A DNA stretch of 64,000 bases, taken from the NCBI RefSeq assembly GCF_045124115.1, contig NZ_JBGVLF010000041.1, positions 5,137 to 69,136 of the forward strand, given 5' to 3'. Made by a program: the position numbers and the translations under genes. This stretch comes from Phascolarctobacterium sp. GTDB taxonomy: Bacteria; Bacillota; Negativicutes; Acidaminococcales; Acidaminococcaceae. Position 1 is the first letter of the stretch. Each line of letters begins with the position of its first letter. Under the pieces are notes generated by a model, which was not told the DNA's origin, searched no databases, and worked only from the letters and a program-made list of their open reading frames with translations. Below, in pieces: positions 27,474 through 37,695 of the stretch.

Positions 27474-28418
27474 ATGAAAACCAGATTTACCGAACTTTTA
27501 GGCATTAAGTATCCTGTTATCCAAGGCGGCATGGCGTGGACCAGTGACGCAGTTTTGGCAGCAGCTGTTTCCAACGCAGGCGGTGCAGGCATTATCGGCA
27601 GCGGCGGCCGTACTGTGGAGTGGACTCGTGACGAAGTACGCAAGGCAAAATCTTTGACTGATAAACCTTTTGGCGTTAACGTTATGCTGATGGCTCCCAA
27701 TATTGACGAGATTATCGATATGCTGTGTGAAGAAAAGGTTGCTTTTGTAACTTTGGGTGCAGGCAATCCTGTACCTCATATTGCTAAATTCCATGCAGCA
27801 GGGATTAAGGTTATTCCTGTTGTGCCCAATGTAAAGCTGGCGAAACGTATTGAAGCTGCAGGCGCAGATGCCATGGTTATTGAAGGTATGGAAGCAGGCG
27901 GTCATATCGGCAAACAGACTACTATGTCTTTAATGGAGAATGTTCTGCCCAATGTAAAGAATGTGCCTGTACTGGTTGCCGGTGGTATCAGCGACGGTCG
28001 CGCTATTGCTGCTGCTTTGCTCATGGGTGCGGATGGCGTGCAAATGGGCAGCCGTTTTATCCTTACTACGGAATGTCCTGCACATCCTGATGCGAAGGCT
28101 GCTATTGTTAAAGCTACGGATACGGATAGTGTTGCTACCGGTTACAGCCGTAATTTGGGCGTGCGCTGCCTGGCTAACGCTTTTACTGACGCTTACACTG
28201 CCAAGGAAGTTGCGGGTGCGCCTAACTCCGAGCTGATGGCTATGGGCACAGGTACCAATCGTCGTGGTATCGTGGAAGGCGATACCGTGAACGGCACTGT
28301 TATGGTTGGCCAAGCGCTGAATGTGCTTAATGATATCCTGCCTTGCCAAGAGGTTATGGAACGCTTGATGGCAGAAGCTAAGGAAGCTATCGAGAGAGTG
28401 AAGAAGATAGAGTTCTAA
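27474..28418 (+). CDS. fabK: Enoyl-ACP reductase II (FabK), FMN-dependent nitronate monooxygenase family
   Basis: Near-colinear by memory with streptococcal FabK: MKTR.TELL.I.YP..QGGMAW, SLTDKPFGVN.ML, EGMEAGGHIGK.TTM. Confidence 0.78.
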   Translation: MKTRFTELLGIKYPVIQGGMAWTSDAVLAAAVSNAGGAGIIGSGGRTVEWTRDEVRKAKSLTDKPFGVNVMLMAPNIDEIIDMLCEEKVAFVTLGAGNPVPHIAKFHAAGIKVIPVVPNVKLAKRIEAAGADAMVIEGMEAGGHIGKQTTMSLMENVLPNVKNVPVLVAGGISDGRAIAAALLMGADGVQMGSRFILTTECPAHPDAKAAIVKATDTDSVATGYSRNLGVRCLANAFTDAYTAKEVAGAPNSELMAMGTGTNRRGIVEGDTVNGTVMVGQALNVLNDILPCQEVMERLMAEAKEAIERVKKIEF

Positions 28419-28430
28419 AAGATAAATAAT

Positions 28431-28478
28431 AACGCACGTAGATGTCTTACAGCAGGCATTTACGTGCGTTTTCTTTTT
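28431..28478. terminator. Bidirectional terminator (fabK / DUF805 gene)
   Basis: 10-bp stem AACGCACGTA / TACGTGCGTT followed by TTCTTTTT. Confidence 0.7.
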
Positions 28479-28483
28479 GTTTG

Positions 28484-28810
28484 TTATTGCAACGGGTCGG
28501 GACCGTAGGTATTGGGGCCGTCAGTGCCTTTGCAGAAGATTAAGTAGAGACAGAAGACAAAGTTTACCAAGGGAATAAAGAGCAGTGCTGCCCACATACC
28601 GCTTTTGTCTAGGTCGTGCAAACGGCGAACATGGAAGGACAGGCCAATGAGCAGAAATACTGCGTTAACGATGGACGCCATAGTGCCAACTTCACCTACT
28701 ACCATGATGATAAGGGCGCTGATGAAGTTGAGAACGATTGGAACCAAGATGTAGGGCTGGCGGTTCATGCGACCGTCAAAGCTCAAGACTTCGTAACCAA
28801 AAAGTGTCAT
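28484..28810 (-). CDS. DUF805 family inner-membrane protein
   Basis: GRMNRQPY..., RRLHDLDKSGMW, C-terminal GPNTYGPDP. Confidence 0.7.
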   Translation of the reverse strand: MTLFGYEVLSFDGRMNRQPYILVPIVLNFISALIIMVVGEVGTMASIVNAVFLLIGLSFHVRRLHDLDKSGMWAALLFIPLVNFVFCLYLIFCKGTDGPNTYGPDPLQ

Positions 28811-29087
28811 AATAAAATACCTCCTAATTTTTGCAGGAACAAATTGTATAAGGCATAATTCTACACAAGTCAGTATTTATCCTGCTAGCTGATTCTTTCC
28901 TGAAGTGTTTATTAGTAGTAAATATTCCTTATAAAATAAAATTTCACTAAATGATAAAAATTTAAAATTGGTGTTGCTTTTTTCTTGTAATTATTGAGAA
29001 TATATGCTAATATATGGTTATTATCAGTGCATGCTCAGTTGCTAGAGCAGTGCATTAAATAGCTGTATAGGAAATGAGGTTGTGTAT

Positions 29088-31016
29088 ATGAAGAAGAGTG
29101 AAATGCTGCGTAACGCAGTGCTGCTGTCTTTATTAGTGGGTGCTACCACCGGTTTCAGCATGGCTGCACAAGCAGAAGAAGTTGCAGATTCCATGGAATT
29201 TGCTATGGATGAATATGTTGTTACTGCAAGCCGTACCCAAACTGCTAAAGTGGATACCCCTGCCAATGTAACTGTTATTGATGCGGAAAAAATTGAAAGC
29301 GGACGTTATCAAGATGTGTCTGAAGTGCTGAAAGATGTACCGGGCGCGCAGGTAATTGATAATGGTTCAGGTGCCACTGTAAAATCTGTTATTTTAAATG
29401 GTGATGATCGTGTGCTTGTAATGGTTGATGGTCGTCGCATGAATTTAGATATGGGTACTACCAATGGCAACTCTGGCTTTGATATGCGTTTTTTACCTGA
29501 TGTAAGTTTAATTGAACGCATCGAAGTAGTTAAAGGACATGGTGGTGCTTTATATGGTTCTGATGCAGTTGGTGGCGTAATTAATATTATCACTAAAAAG
29601 GCAGATCGTAGTTTTGGTAAAATTGGCATGGGCTTTGGTTCTGGTCAATATCGTGATATGAAAGCAATTTACTCCTTTAAAGAAGGTAAAACAGGAGTAG
29701 ATGTTGCTGCTTCTAAAGAGAAGCAGGGCTACTATAAATACAAAGATGTTGTTACTAAATCTACAAATAGATGGCCTGGTAGCTCTAAATATGAAAATGA
29801 GAATGTAGCATTAACAGTAAGACAAGATATTACCGACACTAAAAATTTGGAGGTTGGTTTCCAACATTCTAAAACCGATGGTACAAGTTATGCTTTCATG
29901 TCCAATACTCCGGGATATGTTCATAATATGAATCTAAAATCAGATAGATTCCATGCTAAGTATGCATGGACCGTGAATGATACTGATGATGGCTACTTCC
30001 AAATTTATCATAATGAATTTGAAAGTGATGACTATTGTTTGAGTGATGTACCAAGTAACTTGAACGAAAAAACCATTGGCATGGATGTTCAACAAAAAGT
30101 TACTTTGAGTGACAATAATAGCATTGTTGTCGGTTCTTCCTATAGACACACGAAAGCAAAGAATAGCGGCACTTATGGGATGGCTCCGTATGAGGACAAT
30201 GTAGATAATGTTGCTGTATTTGTTAGTGATATTTGGGAGTTTGCTCCTTCCTGGTCTTTGAATACCGGTGCACGTTATGATCATCACAGTGAAGCAGGTG
30301 GTGAAACTACATTAAGTGCTGGATTGAACAAGAAATTTGATGAAAACAGTCACGCTTATGTAAACTGGGGACAAGTATTTAGAGCTCCTACTACAGAAGA
30401 TGTTTATTATGCTGGTAATGGAGTGTCTAGCAAAGATTTGGAAGCAGAAACTGGTGATACTTGGACTATTGGTTATGGTACTAAAATTGCAGACAAAACT
30501 GACGTAAACATCAGCTACTTCCAAAGTGATATTGATGATGCTATTGATTGGTACAACGATAAAGGTGATTATACTGTTAGAAATGTATCAGAACAGAAAA
30601 AACGTGGCGTTGAGTTAAGCGTAAATCACGAAATTGATGACAATTGGGATTTAAATGCTTCTTATACCTATGTTCGTGTTCGCAATAGCTATAACAATTC
30701 TGGTTTTGTTAGAGAAACTAATTACATTCCTAATATCTATAGATTAGGTGTTCGTTATCATGATGAAAAATGGAATGCTGATGTGACCATGCGTGCTGGA
30801 ACTGGAGCTGATAAAACTTCCTTTGTTGATAATAGTTATGTAACTGTAGATATGGCAGTTAACTATAAAGCAACTACTGCGTGGACATTGTATGCTAAGG
30901 GTTATAACTTGTTCAACAGAGCTTATGCAGAACGTGGTGGTGTAAATTATTTAGGCACCTATGATTACCCTGCACAATCCCGTCGCTTCATTGTTGGTGC
31001 AGAGTATAGCTTCTAA
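29088..31016 (+). CDS. TonB-dependent outer-membrane receptor (substrate unknown)
   Basis: Signal peptide, plug DEYVVTASRTQTAKVDTPANVTVI, C-terminal FIVGAEYSF. No riboswitch is visible upstream. Confidence 0.85.
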   Translation: MKKSEMLRNAVLLSLLVGATTGFSMAAQAEEVADSMEFAMDEYVVTASRTQTAKVDTPANVTVIDAEKIESGRYQDVSEVLKDVPGAQVIDNGSGATVKSVILNGDDRVLVMVDGRRMNLDMGTTNGNSGFDMRFLPDVSLIERIEVVKGHGGALYGSDAVGGVINIITKKADRSFGKIGMGFGSGQYRDMKAIYSFKEGKTGVDVAASKEKQGYYKYKDVVTKSTNRWPGSSKYENENVALTVRQDITDTKNLEVGFQHSKTDGTSYAFMSNTPGYVHNMNLKSDRFHAKYAWTVNDTDDGYFQIYHNEFESDDYCLSDVPSNLNEKTIGMDVQQKVTLSDNNSIVVGSSYRHTKAKNSGTYGMAPYEDNVDNVAVFVSDIWEFAPSWSLNTGARYDHHSEAGGETTLSAGLNKKFDENSHAYVNWGQVFRAPTTEDVYYAGNGVSSKDLEAETGDTWTIGYGTKIADKTDVNISYFQSDIDDAIDWYNDKGDYTVRNVSEQKKRGVELSVNHEIDDNWDLNASYTYVRVRNSYNNSGFVRETNYIPNIYRLGVRYHDEKWNADVTMRAGTGADKTSFVDNSYVTVDMAVNYKATTAWTLYAKGYNLFNRAYAERGGVNYLGTYDYPAQSRRFIVGAEYSF

Positions 31017-31137
31017 GCCGGTAATGTAGTATAATAGGTAGAGCTGATTTCAGTAACGCCTAAAGAACTAAGTCCAAGATTAAAACTATAAGTCTTAGAC
31101 TAAAACAAAAATAAAAACACATACAGGAGGCAGAAAG

Positions 31138-32103
31138 ATGAAGTTGGTAATGAAAATTATGCAGGTCGCTTTTTGCCTCCTGTTCTTATTTGCAGCAAGC
31201 GGTTGCAAAAGCCCTGTGCCCCAAATGCAGCCCAAAAACAGCGGGCAAGTGCTGTACACTGTAACGGATGCTACGGGTACGGAGCTAAAGTTTTACGAAA
31301 AGCCCCAGCGCATAGTCAGCTTGAACGTTTCTGTTGACGAAATCCTTTTGGATTTAGTAGACTCCAAACGTATCGCTGCTTTAAGCGCAATGGCGGACGA
31401 CGCCAACCTTTGTAACGCAGCAGCTAAAGCAAAAGTTGTTAAAGGGCGTGTCAACACCACTAATATAGAAGGCATTTTGGCAATGCAACCGGATTTAGTG
31501 GTTATTCCGGACTACTCCATGACACCTGTAAACGCCATGCGCAACGCAGGACTCAAGGTGTACATTTGCAGTACTCCCGATAGTCTGCAGGGCATTTACA
31601 GCTTTATGGAAAGTATAGGCAGCGCTGTAGGGGAGCCTGAGCGTGGCAAGGCCATGACCAACGGTATGCAGGAACGCTTGGACGCAATCCGCAACAAGGT
31701 TGTAGCAAATGTGCCGGAAAACAAGCGCCTTAAAGTGCTGGGTATGAGCTTTATGGGTCCTATGGGTATGAAGGGAACCTTTAATGATGTGTGCTACTAT
31801 AGCGGTGTCCGTAATGCTTTGGATGGGGTGGACGTTCCTCCCCAAAGCACATTGTCCGAGGAAAAAATGTTAGAGTTGGATCCTGATATGATTATCACTC
31901 CTAGCTGGGACTATAGCAAGGAAGGCGATCCTGAGAAGTTCCGCCAAAAAATCTTGAACAATCCTTTGTATAAGAACATCAAAGCCATCAAAACCGGTAA
32001 AGTTGTCATGCTTCACGATAATTACTTGTTGTGTACCTCCCAGTACACAGTCAAGGCAGCAGAAGAGATGGCACAGGCTGCTTACCCCGAACTATTTAAA
32101 TAA
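31138..32103 (+). CDS. Lipoprotein, cluster-8 ABC substrate-binding protein (siderophore/heme/cobalamin class)
   Basis: Lipobox LFAASGC. RIVSLNVSVDEILLDL... resembles the Peripla_BP_2 family. No permease or ATPase gene is adjacent. Confidence 0.7.
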   Translation: MKLVMKIMQVAFCLLFLFAASGCKSPVPQMQPKNSGQVLYTVTDATGTELKFYEKPQRIVSLNVSVDEILLDLVDSKRIAALSAMADDANLCNAAAKAKVVKGRVNTTNIEGILAMQPDLVVIPDYSMTPVNAMRNAGLKVYICSTPDSLQGIYSFMESIGSAVGEPERGKAMTNGMQERLDAIRNKVVANVPENKRLKVLGMSFMGPMGMKGTFNDVCYYSGVRNALDGVDVPPQSTLSEEKMLELDPDMIITPSWDYSKEGDPEKFRQKILNNPLYKNIKAIKTGKVVMLHDNYLLCTSQYTVKAAEEMAQAAYPELFK

Positions 32104-32109
32104 AAAGAA

Positions 32110-32152
32110 ATGGCAGTTACTAGACGAAAAATCTAGCAACTGCCATATTTTT
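32110..32152. terminator. Bidirectional terminator (SBP / TetR)
   Basis: ATGGCAGTT / AACTGCCAT outer stem, CTAGA/TCTAG inner stem, then ATTTTTG. Confidence 0.7.
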
Positions 32153-32163
32153 GTTCGCTAGTT

Positions 32164-32727
32164 TTATAAAATTGGTTCGATTACAGAGCGGAAGTAGGTG
32201 TCCAGTTCTTCCGGAGTTTGGCGCCTGCCGCTTTTAATCCACCACAGTACCATTTCCACAAAGCTGCCGGAAATATGATTGATTAAGAAATCTTCAGGAA
32301 CATTGTGCTTGCGGCGCACAGTACGTTCCACAAACTGCTTTTCGATTACTTCGTTAAGACTGTCTTTAAAGTAGCGCAGGAAGATATCGTTATTGGTGCA
32401 GGAAAGCAGCTGCAGAATATTGTTATCATTGCGCTGCAGATGCTGGAGCAAATGGCAGAAAATTGATTCAGAAGCTTTACAATCGGAGAAAAACCAATGG
32501 TTGCCGGTACAGTCAAGCCCACTGTGAAGCAGATGCTGGAACAGTTCCTGACATAGCGCTTTTAGTAATTCGTCTTTAGTTTCAAAATGAGCGTAAAAGG
32601 TAGTGCGCCCAATGTTGGCTGCGTCGATAATGTCTTGTACCGTAATTTTGTCATAGCCTTTTTGTGCTAACAGGGTAATAAACGCTGTAAAAATAGCGGT
32701 TCTTGTTTTTAATTGACGTCTATCCAT
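32164..32727 (-). CDS. TetR/AcrR family transcriptional regulator
   Basis: N-terminal HTH ITVQDIIDAANIGRTTFYAHF. Confidence 0.87.
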   Translation of the reverse strand: MDRRQLKTRTAIFTAFITLLAQKGYDKITVQDIIDAANIGRTTFYAHFETKDELLKALCQELFQHLLHSGLDCTGNHWFFSDCKASESIFCHLLQHLQRNDNNILQLLSCTNNDIFLRYFKDSLNEVIEKQFVERTVRRKHNVPEDFLINHISGSFVEMVLWWIKSGRRQTPEELDTYFRSVIEPIL

Positions 32728-32823
32728 AAATCCTCCCGTACAAATTTCATGCTTTGTTCCGTAAAGTACAGCTAGCGAAATTTGCTTATTGTGCTTTGCT
32801 ATAAAGTCTTTATAATTAGTTAT

Positions 32824-32838
32824 AGAACAAGCTGTTCT
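32824..32838. promoter_or_regulatory. Palindromic candidate operator abutting the ATPase -10 element
   Basis: AGAACA-AGC-TGTTCT, followed by TATAAT at 32840-32845. Confidence 0.4.
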
Positions 32839-32890
32839 TTATAATACTAAGTATACGGAATAAAGATTATTTGTCAAGGAGGGACGTGTA

Positions 32891-34759
32891 ATGTTAGAGG
32901 AACTATTAGAAAAATTTGAGAGCATACCTGCTACAGCAGTGGGCGGCATCTGCCTTGTGGCAAGCTATATGCTTAGCGAGCAGGGGATGGCGACACCTGT
33001 AGACCTTGCGTGGGTGACAGTATTACTCAGCGGTACGCCTATTGTGTACAGCGCAATACGTAAGCTCTTCTATAACCAAGGCATCAGCCGTATTTCCTCC
33101 GCATTGCTTATTACTATCGCTATGATAGCTTCCATCGCCATTGGCGACCTTTTCGCTGCAGGCGAAGTCGCTTTTATTATGGCAATTGGCGAGATTTTGG
33201 AAGATAAGACTACGGAACGCGCGCAAAGAGGTTTGCATAAGCTGATGAGCCTTGCTCCCGTGCAAGGGCGTCGTTTGGTTAACGGAAGAGAAGAAATAAT
33301 AGCTGCCAGTGCTATCGTCAAAGGTGATCTTTTGCGCGTGCAACCCGGTGAAACTATCCCTGTGGACGGCATTATCCGCACAGGTGAAACTACTGTCAAT
33401 CAAGCGGTTATGACCGGTGAATCACTGCCTGTGGACAAGAGCGAGGGCGACACAGTATACTGCGGTACGATTAACTGTTTTGGCGCAATTGATATGGTAG
33501 CGACCAAAGTAGGCGAGGATTCTTCCCTGCAGCGTTTAATCCGTTTAGTACAACAGGCAGAAGTACAACAGGCTCCCATGCAAAGAATAGCTGATAAAGC
33601 AGCTAGCTGGCTGGTTCCTGCAGCCTTGGCAGTGGCGCTGCTTGCAGGCTGGTATCAGCAAGATATAGTTGTGGCTGTAACCGTTCTGGTTGTGTTCTGT
33701 CCTTGCGCTTTGGTTTTGGCTACGCCTACAGCGATTATGGCTGCCATAGGCCAAGCAACCAAGCATGGTGTGATTATCAAATCAGGCGAAGCCTTGGAAA
33801 AAATGCAGAGTGTAGATGTGGTTGCTTTTGATAAGACAGGTACTTTGACCCAAGGCAAGCTAGCAGTCAGCGATGTTGTAGCGCTAGAATCTGCAGTAAC
33901 GCAGGAGGAACTGCTGGCAGCAGTTGCGGCAGTGGAAGTTAAAAGCGAACATCCTTTGGGTAAGGCGGTTGTCGCTTACGCCAAGGAGCAAGGCGTGCAG
34001 GTGCAGGAAGGTGAAGATTTCCAAATGACGGCAGGACGTGGCGTCATGGCTACGCTGGATGGTAAAAATATTATTTGCGGCAATGAGCATTACTTGCGCG
34101 AGCACGGCGTTGCACTGCCTCCTACATTGGCGCAAAAACTTGCGAGTCTGCGTGGTGAAGGCAAAGCTACGCTGGTTGTAGGCACGGACGGTAATGCAGT
34201 TGGCGTTATCGCTTTGTCCGATGTAGTGCGTCCGCAAGCTACGGCTACCATTGCCAAACTAGCATCCATGGGTACGGAAGCGGTACTGTTGACAGGTGAT
34301 AACGCTCAGGCTGCCCTATATCTGGCGGAGCAAGTGGGAATTAACAATGTTCTTGCGGAACTGCTGCCCCAGGACAAAGTAAAAGCTGTAGAAGCTTTGC
34401 AAAAAGACGGTCGCAAGGTATGTATGCTGGGTGATGGCGTTAATGATGCGCCTGCTTTGAAAACTGCAGCAGTAGGCGTTGCTATGGGCTGCATGGGTAG
34501 CGATATTGCGGTAGAAGCAGCGGATATCGCTCTGATGGACGATGATATTAGCAAAGTAGCGTATTTAAAACGCCTTGCCCAAGCAACTGTAGCAACTATC
34601 AAGTTTAGCATTGCTTTGAGTTTGGTAATAAACTTTGTGGCGGTGATGATGTCTGTTATGCATTTGCTGAATCCTACTACCGGTGCTTTGGTGCACAATT
34701 TGGGCTCTTTTGTTGTTATTTTGATTGCTGCGATGCTTTATGACCGTAAGCTAATCTGA
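32891..34759 (+). CDS. P1B-type heavy-metal-translocating ATPase (no N-terminal HMA domain)
   Basis: CPC transmembrane motif (VFCPCALVLATP), DKTGTLT, GDGVNDAP. Confidence 0.88.
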   Translation: MLEELLEKFESIPATAVGGICLVASYMLSEQGMATPVDLAWVTVLLSGTPIVYSAIRKLFYNQGISRISSALLITIAMIASIAIGDLFAAGEVAFIMAIGEILEDKTTERAQRGLHKLMSLAPVQGRRLVNGREEIIAASAIVKGDLLRVQPGETIPVDGIIRTGETTVNQAVMTGESLPVDKSEGDTVYCGTINCFGAIDMVATKVGEDSSLQRLIRLVQQAEVQQAPMQRIADKAASWLVPAALAVALLAGWYQQDIVVAVTVLVVFCPCALVLATPTAIMAAIGQATKHGVIIKSGEALEKMQSVDVVAFDKTGTLTQGKLAVSDVVALESAVTQEELLAAVAAVEVKSEHPLGKAVVAYAKEQGVQVQEGEDFQMTAGRGVMATLDGKNIICGNEHYLREHGVALPPTLAQKLASLRGEGKATLVVGTDGNAVGVIALSDVVRPQATATIAKLASMGTEAVLLTGDNAQAALYLAEQVGINNVLAELLPQDKVKAVEALQKDGRKVCMLGDGVNDAPALKTAAVGVAMGCMGSDIAVEAADIALMDDDISKVAYLKRLAQATVATIKFSIALSLVINFVAVMMSVMHLLNPTTGALVHNLGSFVVILIAAMLYDRKLI

Positions 34760-34786
34760 AACTAAATATAATGACAATAATGCTCT

Positions 34787-34837
34787 AAAGGTCTTCTACT
34801 TCCGCATTTATGCAGAGGAAGAAGACCTTTTTGTTTT
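34787..34837 (+). terminator. Intrinsic terminator after the ATPase
   Basis: AAAGGTCTTC...GAAGACCTTT stem followed by TTGTTTT. Confidence 0.75.
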
Positions 34838-34910
34838 GTGAAATAATATAGATAGCATATATACTAGAATTGAATATGGAAAAAATGTAAAATCTTATTA
34901 AGAATAGTTC

Positions 34911-34939
34911 TTGCAATATAGTGCGCTTGGTAGTATACT
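34911..34939 (+). promoter_or_regulatory. Promoter of the riboswitch-btuB unit
   Basis: TTGCAA, 17-nt spacer, TATACT. Confidence 0.55.
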
Positions 34940-34949
34940 GTAGGAGTAA

Positions 34950-35115
34950 TTTAAAATCGGGTTCTTGGGTAATTTATGTTGGAAGCAGGTGCGATTCCTG
35001 CACGATCCCGTCGCTGTAATAGGGAGTGAGTCTGCGGTATGCCACTGGCGCAAGCTGGGAAGGCGCGGAGGAGCGATGATCTTAAGTCAGAAGACCTGCC
35101 CAGGGATAGAAGCTA
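34950..35115 (+). promoter_or_regulatory. Cobalamin riboswitch (canonical class)
   Basis: GGAAGCAGGTGCGATTCCTGCACGATCCCGTCGCTGTAA core. GCCACTGG...GGGAAGGC motif. B12 box AGTCAGAAGACCTGCC (35085-35100). Confidence 0.88.
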
Positions 35116-35182
35116 CTGCTGCGCGAGACGGTAAGGGCGGAAATAGGTATCAGTACTTTTAGGAGAAGTGTACCTGTTTTTG

Positions 35183-35221
35183 AGCCTTTCGCTGTTTTGT
35201 TGACGGTGAAAGGCTTTTTTG
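35183..35221 (+). terminator. Riboswitch expression-platform terminator
   Basis: GCCTTTC / GAAAGGC stem followed by TTTTTTG. Confidence 0.7.
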
Positions 35222-35282
35222 TTTGCAAATAAGAGCGCTGTAAAACGGGGTGCGGTGTTAGCAAAGAATAGGAGTGGATGTT

Positions 35283-37292
35283 ATGCAAAAAGTAATGTTT
35301 AAAGGTGCATTGTTAGCAGCAATGATGACAGGTTCTGTGTTGGGCAGTCAATGCGTTTGGGCAGCAGAGACAGTGGGAGAATTTACCCTCGATCCCATGG
35401 TTGTAACTGCATCCAGAATGGAGAAACGCGACTTGGATACACCTGCGGCAGTCGATGTTATTACTAGGGAACAAGTTGAACGCATTGGTGGTGCAAGTGC
35501 TTTTGAAGTATTGCGTCAATCTTTAGGCGTTAGTGTGACTAGCCAAGGTCCTAATGGTGTATCCTATGGCTCCATGACCAGTGAAGCTACGATTCGTGGT
35601 GTTGAACGCGGCACTTTGGTTTTGGTAGATGGTATGCCTCTTAACCAAGATGGCAAATACAATTTGGAAGACATTCCTGCGGAAATGATTGAAAAGATTG
35701 AGATTGTTCGCAGTGGTGGTTCCGTTCTCTACGGTAGTGAAGCTAGTGGCGGTGTTATCAACATTATTACTAAACGCGGACCTATTAATAAAGTAAAGAT
35801 TTCTGCAGGTAATTTGGGGAGAGAAAACTATAGCTTAGTAGTTGGTGACAAAAATTTCGGCGCAACTGCTTATTATGAAAATCGCGGCACTATAAATCGC
35901 ACATCTACTACAGCTCTTTCCGGTATGGCAGGGAAAAAGACAAAAAAATACTATCGCTATGACAGCGGTGATCGTAAAGGTATTCGCTGGCACTATGATA
36001 TTAATGATAAGCTGACTTTTACTCATCAATATTCAGAGAATGAAAACGTCGTTTCTCAGATTAATCCCGAAGGCAAATACAAAAATGGACTGTATCAACG
36101 CAATACTTATATTGATACGGACAATAACTTCGCATTGAATCTGGACGATAAGCAAGGATTTAAGGCTCATTTATCCTATGGCACCCAAGAAAAGCAATAT
36201 GATAAAGATAGCTATAGTGCAAAAGGGGCTCTGACAAGGCAAACACCTTATAGTTGGCGCAAGGGACACAACACCAATCTTGATCTGCAAAAGAGCTTTA
36301 ATATGGGCACTAACAAGCTTTTGGTGGGTGCTACTTATAAGAATGAAAATATGGATATTCTTGGCGACAAAATAGGCACTACTGAATCCGTTAAAGGTCG
36401 TGCAACTTATGATCGCGATATATATTCTGTATATGCATCTTATGATTGGGCGCTTACGGATAAAGATAATCTTATTTTTAATGCTCGCGAGACTTGGGCA
36501 AAAAATTGCAACGCTGATTACCAAACCTTTAACTTTGATTCTGAACAAAAGGACATGAATCAATTTACGCCGGAGGTACAATATATCAAAAAATTGACGG
36601 AAGATAGCTCCGTATACGCTAAATTTGGTAAATCCTTCCGCCTGCCCGATTTGACCCGTATTTATGGTAGTGGCAATATTCGTCCGCAAATGGAGCTTTA
36701 TCCTGAAAAAGGCACGCATTATGAATTAGGCTACAAGTTAAACGAAAACAATAGAGCGTGGCGTTTAGCTTTGTATAAGTATGATATTGAAGACACCATT
36801 ACTAAAGTGGCGGGTACTTCTGCTGCTGAAGGTAATTTGGAATATACTAACGTTGATACTAAAAGTGTAGGTGTGGAATTGTCCTGCGATATCCAGCATA
36901 GTGATTTAGTTAGCAGCTCTTGGGGAGTTTCTTACTCTAATCCTGAAAAGCGTACCGATGCAGGTCATTTTGAAGATTATGGCAATAGATTGCAATTAAC
37001 TGGTTCTGTAGATTATCACGAAGAAAAATTTGGGGCTTCTGCAGTCTTTAACTACCTTGGTAAACGACTTGATGATGATGTGGATGCTTATGCTGGCAAA
37101 AAGGTTAAGCCTGCACTGTATACTGATGTGCATTTCTCTTATGCTCCGGAAAAAAACCACAAGGTATTCCTGCATGTAAATAATATCTTTGATCGTGATG
37201 ATTTTACTACTAATACCTCTCCCAGCGACGAGCATCTTGCTTATTTGTCCGTCGGTCGCAACTTTATGCTTGGCTATGAATACAGCTTCTGA
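35283..37292 (+). CDS. btuB: TonB-dependent receptor, BtuB-like (cobalamin/corrinoid uptake inferred from the riboswitch)
   Basis: Signal peptide, plug DPMVVTASRMEKRDLDTPAAVDVIT, C-terminal FMLGYEYSF. ATG lies 8 nt after AGGAG. Confidence 0.82.
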   Translation: MQKVMFKGALLAAMMTGSVLGSQCVWAAETVGEFTLDPMVVTASRMEKRDLDTPAAVDVITREQVERIGGASAFEVLRQSLGVSVTSQGPNGVSYGSMTSEATIRGVERGTLVLVDGMPLNQDGKYNLEDIPAEMIEKIEIVRSGGSVLYGSEASGGVINIITKRGPINKVKISAGNLGRENYSLVVGDKNFGATAYYENRGTINRTSTTALSGMAGKKTKKYYRYDSGDRKGIRWHYDINDKLTFTHQYSENENVVSQINPEGKYKNGLYQRNTYIDTDNNFALNLDDKQGFKAHLSYGTQEKQYDKDSYSAKGALTRQTPYSWRKGHNTNLDLQKSFNMGTNKLLVGATYKNENMDILGDKIGTTESVKGRATYDRDIYSVYASYDWALTDKDNLIFNARETWAKNCNADYQTFNFDSEQKDMNQFTPEVQYIKKLTEDSSVYAKFGKSFRLPDLTRIYGSGNIRPQMELYPEKGTHYELGYKLNENNRAWRLALYKYDIEDTITKVAGTSAAEGNLEYTNVDTKSVGVELSCDIQHSDLVSSSWGVSYSNPEKRTDAGHFEDYGNRLQLTGSVDYHEEKFGASAVFNYLGKRLDDDVDAYAGKKVKPALYTDVHFSYAPEKNHKVFLHVNNIFDRDDFTTNTSPSDEHLAYLSVGRNFMLGYEYSF

Positions 37293-37392
37293 TTTACAAA
37301 GTAGAAAAGTTCAAATCTTATAAGTGTAAAACATGAATATGATATTAAATTCTATTTAAACTATATTATAATATGTGTACAATAATAGTAAT

Positions 37393-37410
37393 AACTTCTA
37401 ATTAGAAGTT
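37393..37410. promoter_or_regulatory. Perfect 18-bp palindrome upstream of the cbi promoter
   Basis: AACTTCTAATTAGAAGTT, about 20 bp upstream of the -35 element. Confidence 0.35.
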
Positions 37411-37429
37411 AAAATTTATGCTTTTGGTA

Positions 37430-37458
37430 TTGGAAATTTTACAGGGGTGTGCTATAAT
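37430..37458 (+). promoter_or_regulatory. cbi operon promoter
   Basis: TTGGAA, 17-nt spacer, TGCTATAAT (extended -10). Confidence 0.6.
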
Positions 37459-37658
37459 GAAAACACTGTAATATAGATGCTATAGGCATAAAAGGTTAGA
37501 AAACGCTTTGTGGACGGTCCTGCAGCTGTACGAATAGATTCCTGTTTTAATAAGCAGTCTGCGTATCGTTTCTTCTGTATCCACAAGCGATAAAGACAGC
37601 GAATTTCAGTAGTATTGCAAAGTAGTGTTGTAGCGATATTAGGGAATTTTGTCTTTAT

Positions 37659-37695
37659 GGGCTTCTGTCGGATTCGGCGGAAGCCCGTTTTCTTG
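37659..37695 (+). terminator. Leader attenuator/terminator upstream of cbiD
   Basis: GGGCTTC / GAAGCCC stem followed by GTTTTCTT, 37 nt before the cbiD ATG. Confidence 0.6.

Noticed and set aside
28990-29040. A Fur box upstream of the first TonB-dependent receptor (TAATTATTGAGAATA / ...GGTTATTATCA).
   Set aside because: Only one good half-site (ATTATCA) is present. The best 15-mers match the 7-1-7 consensus at roughly half the positions. The region is generally AT-rich.
37637-37650. The AGGGAA motif in the cbiD leader as evidence for a canonical cobalamin riboswitch.
   Set aside because: It lies at the 3' end of the leader, next to the terminator. It is not accompanied by GCCACTG, GGGAAGGC or a B12 box.
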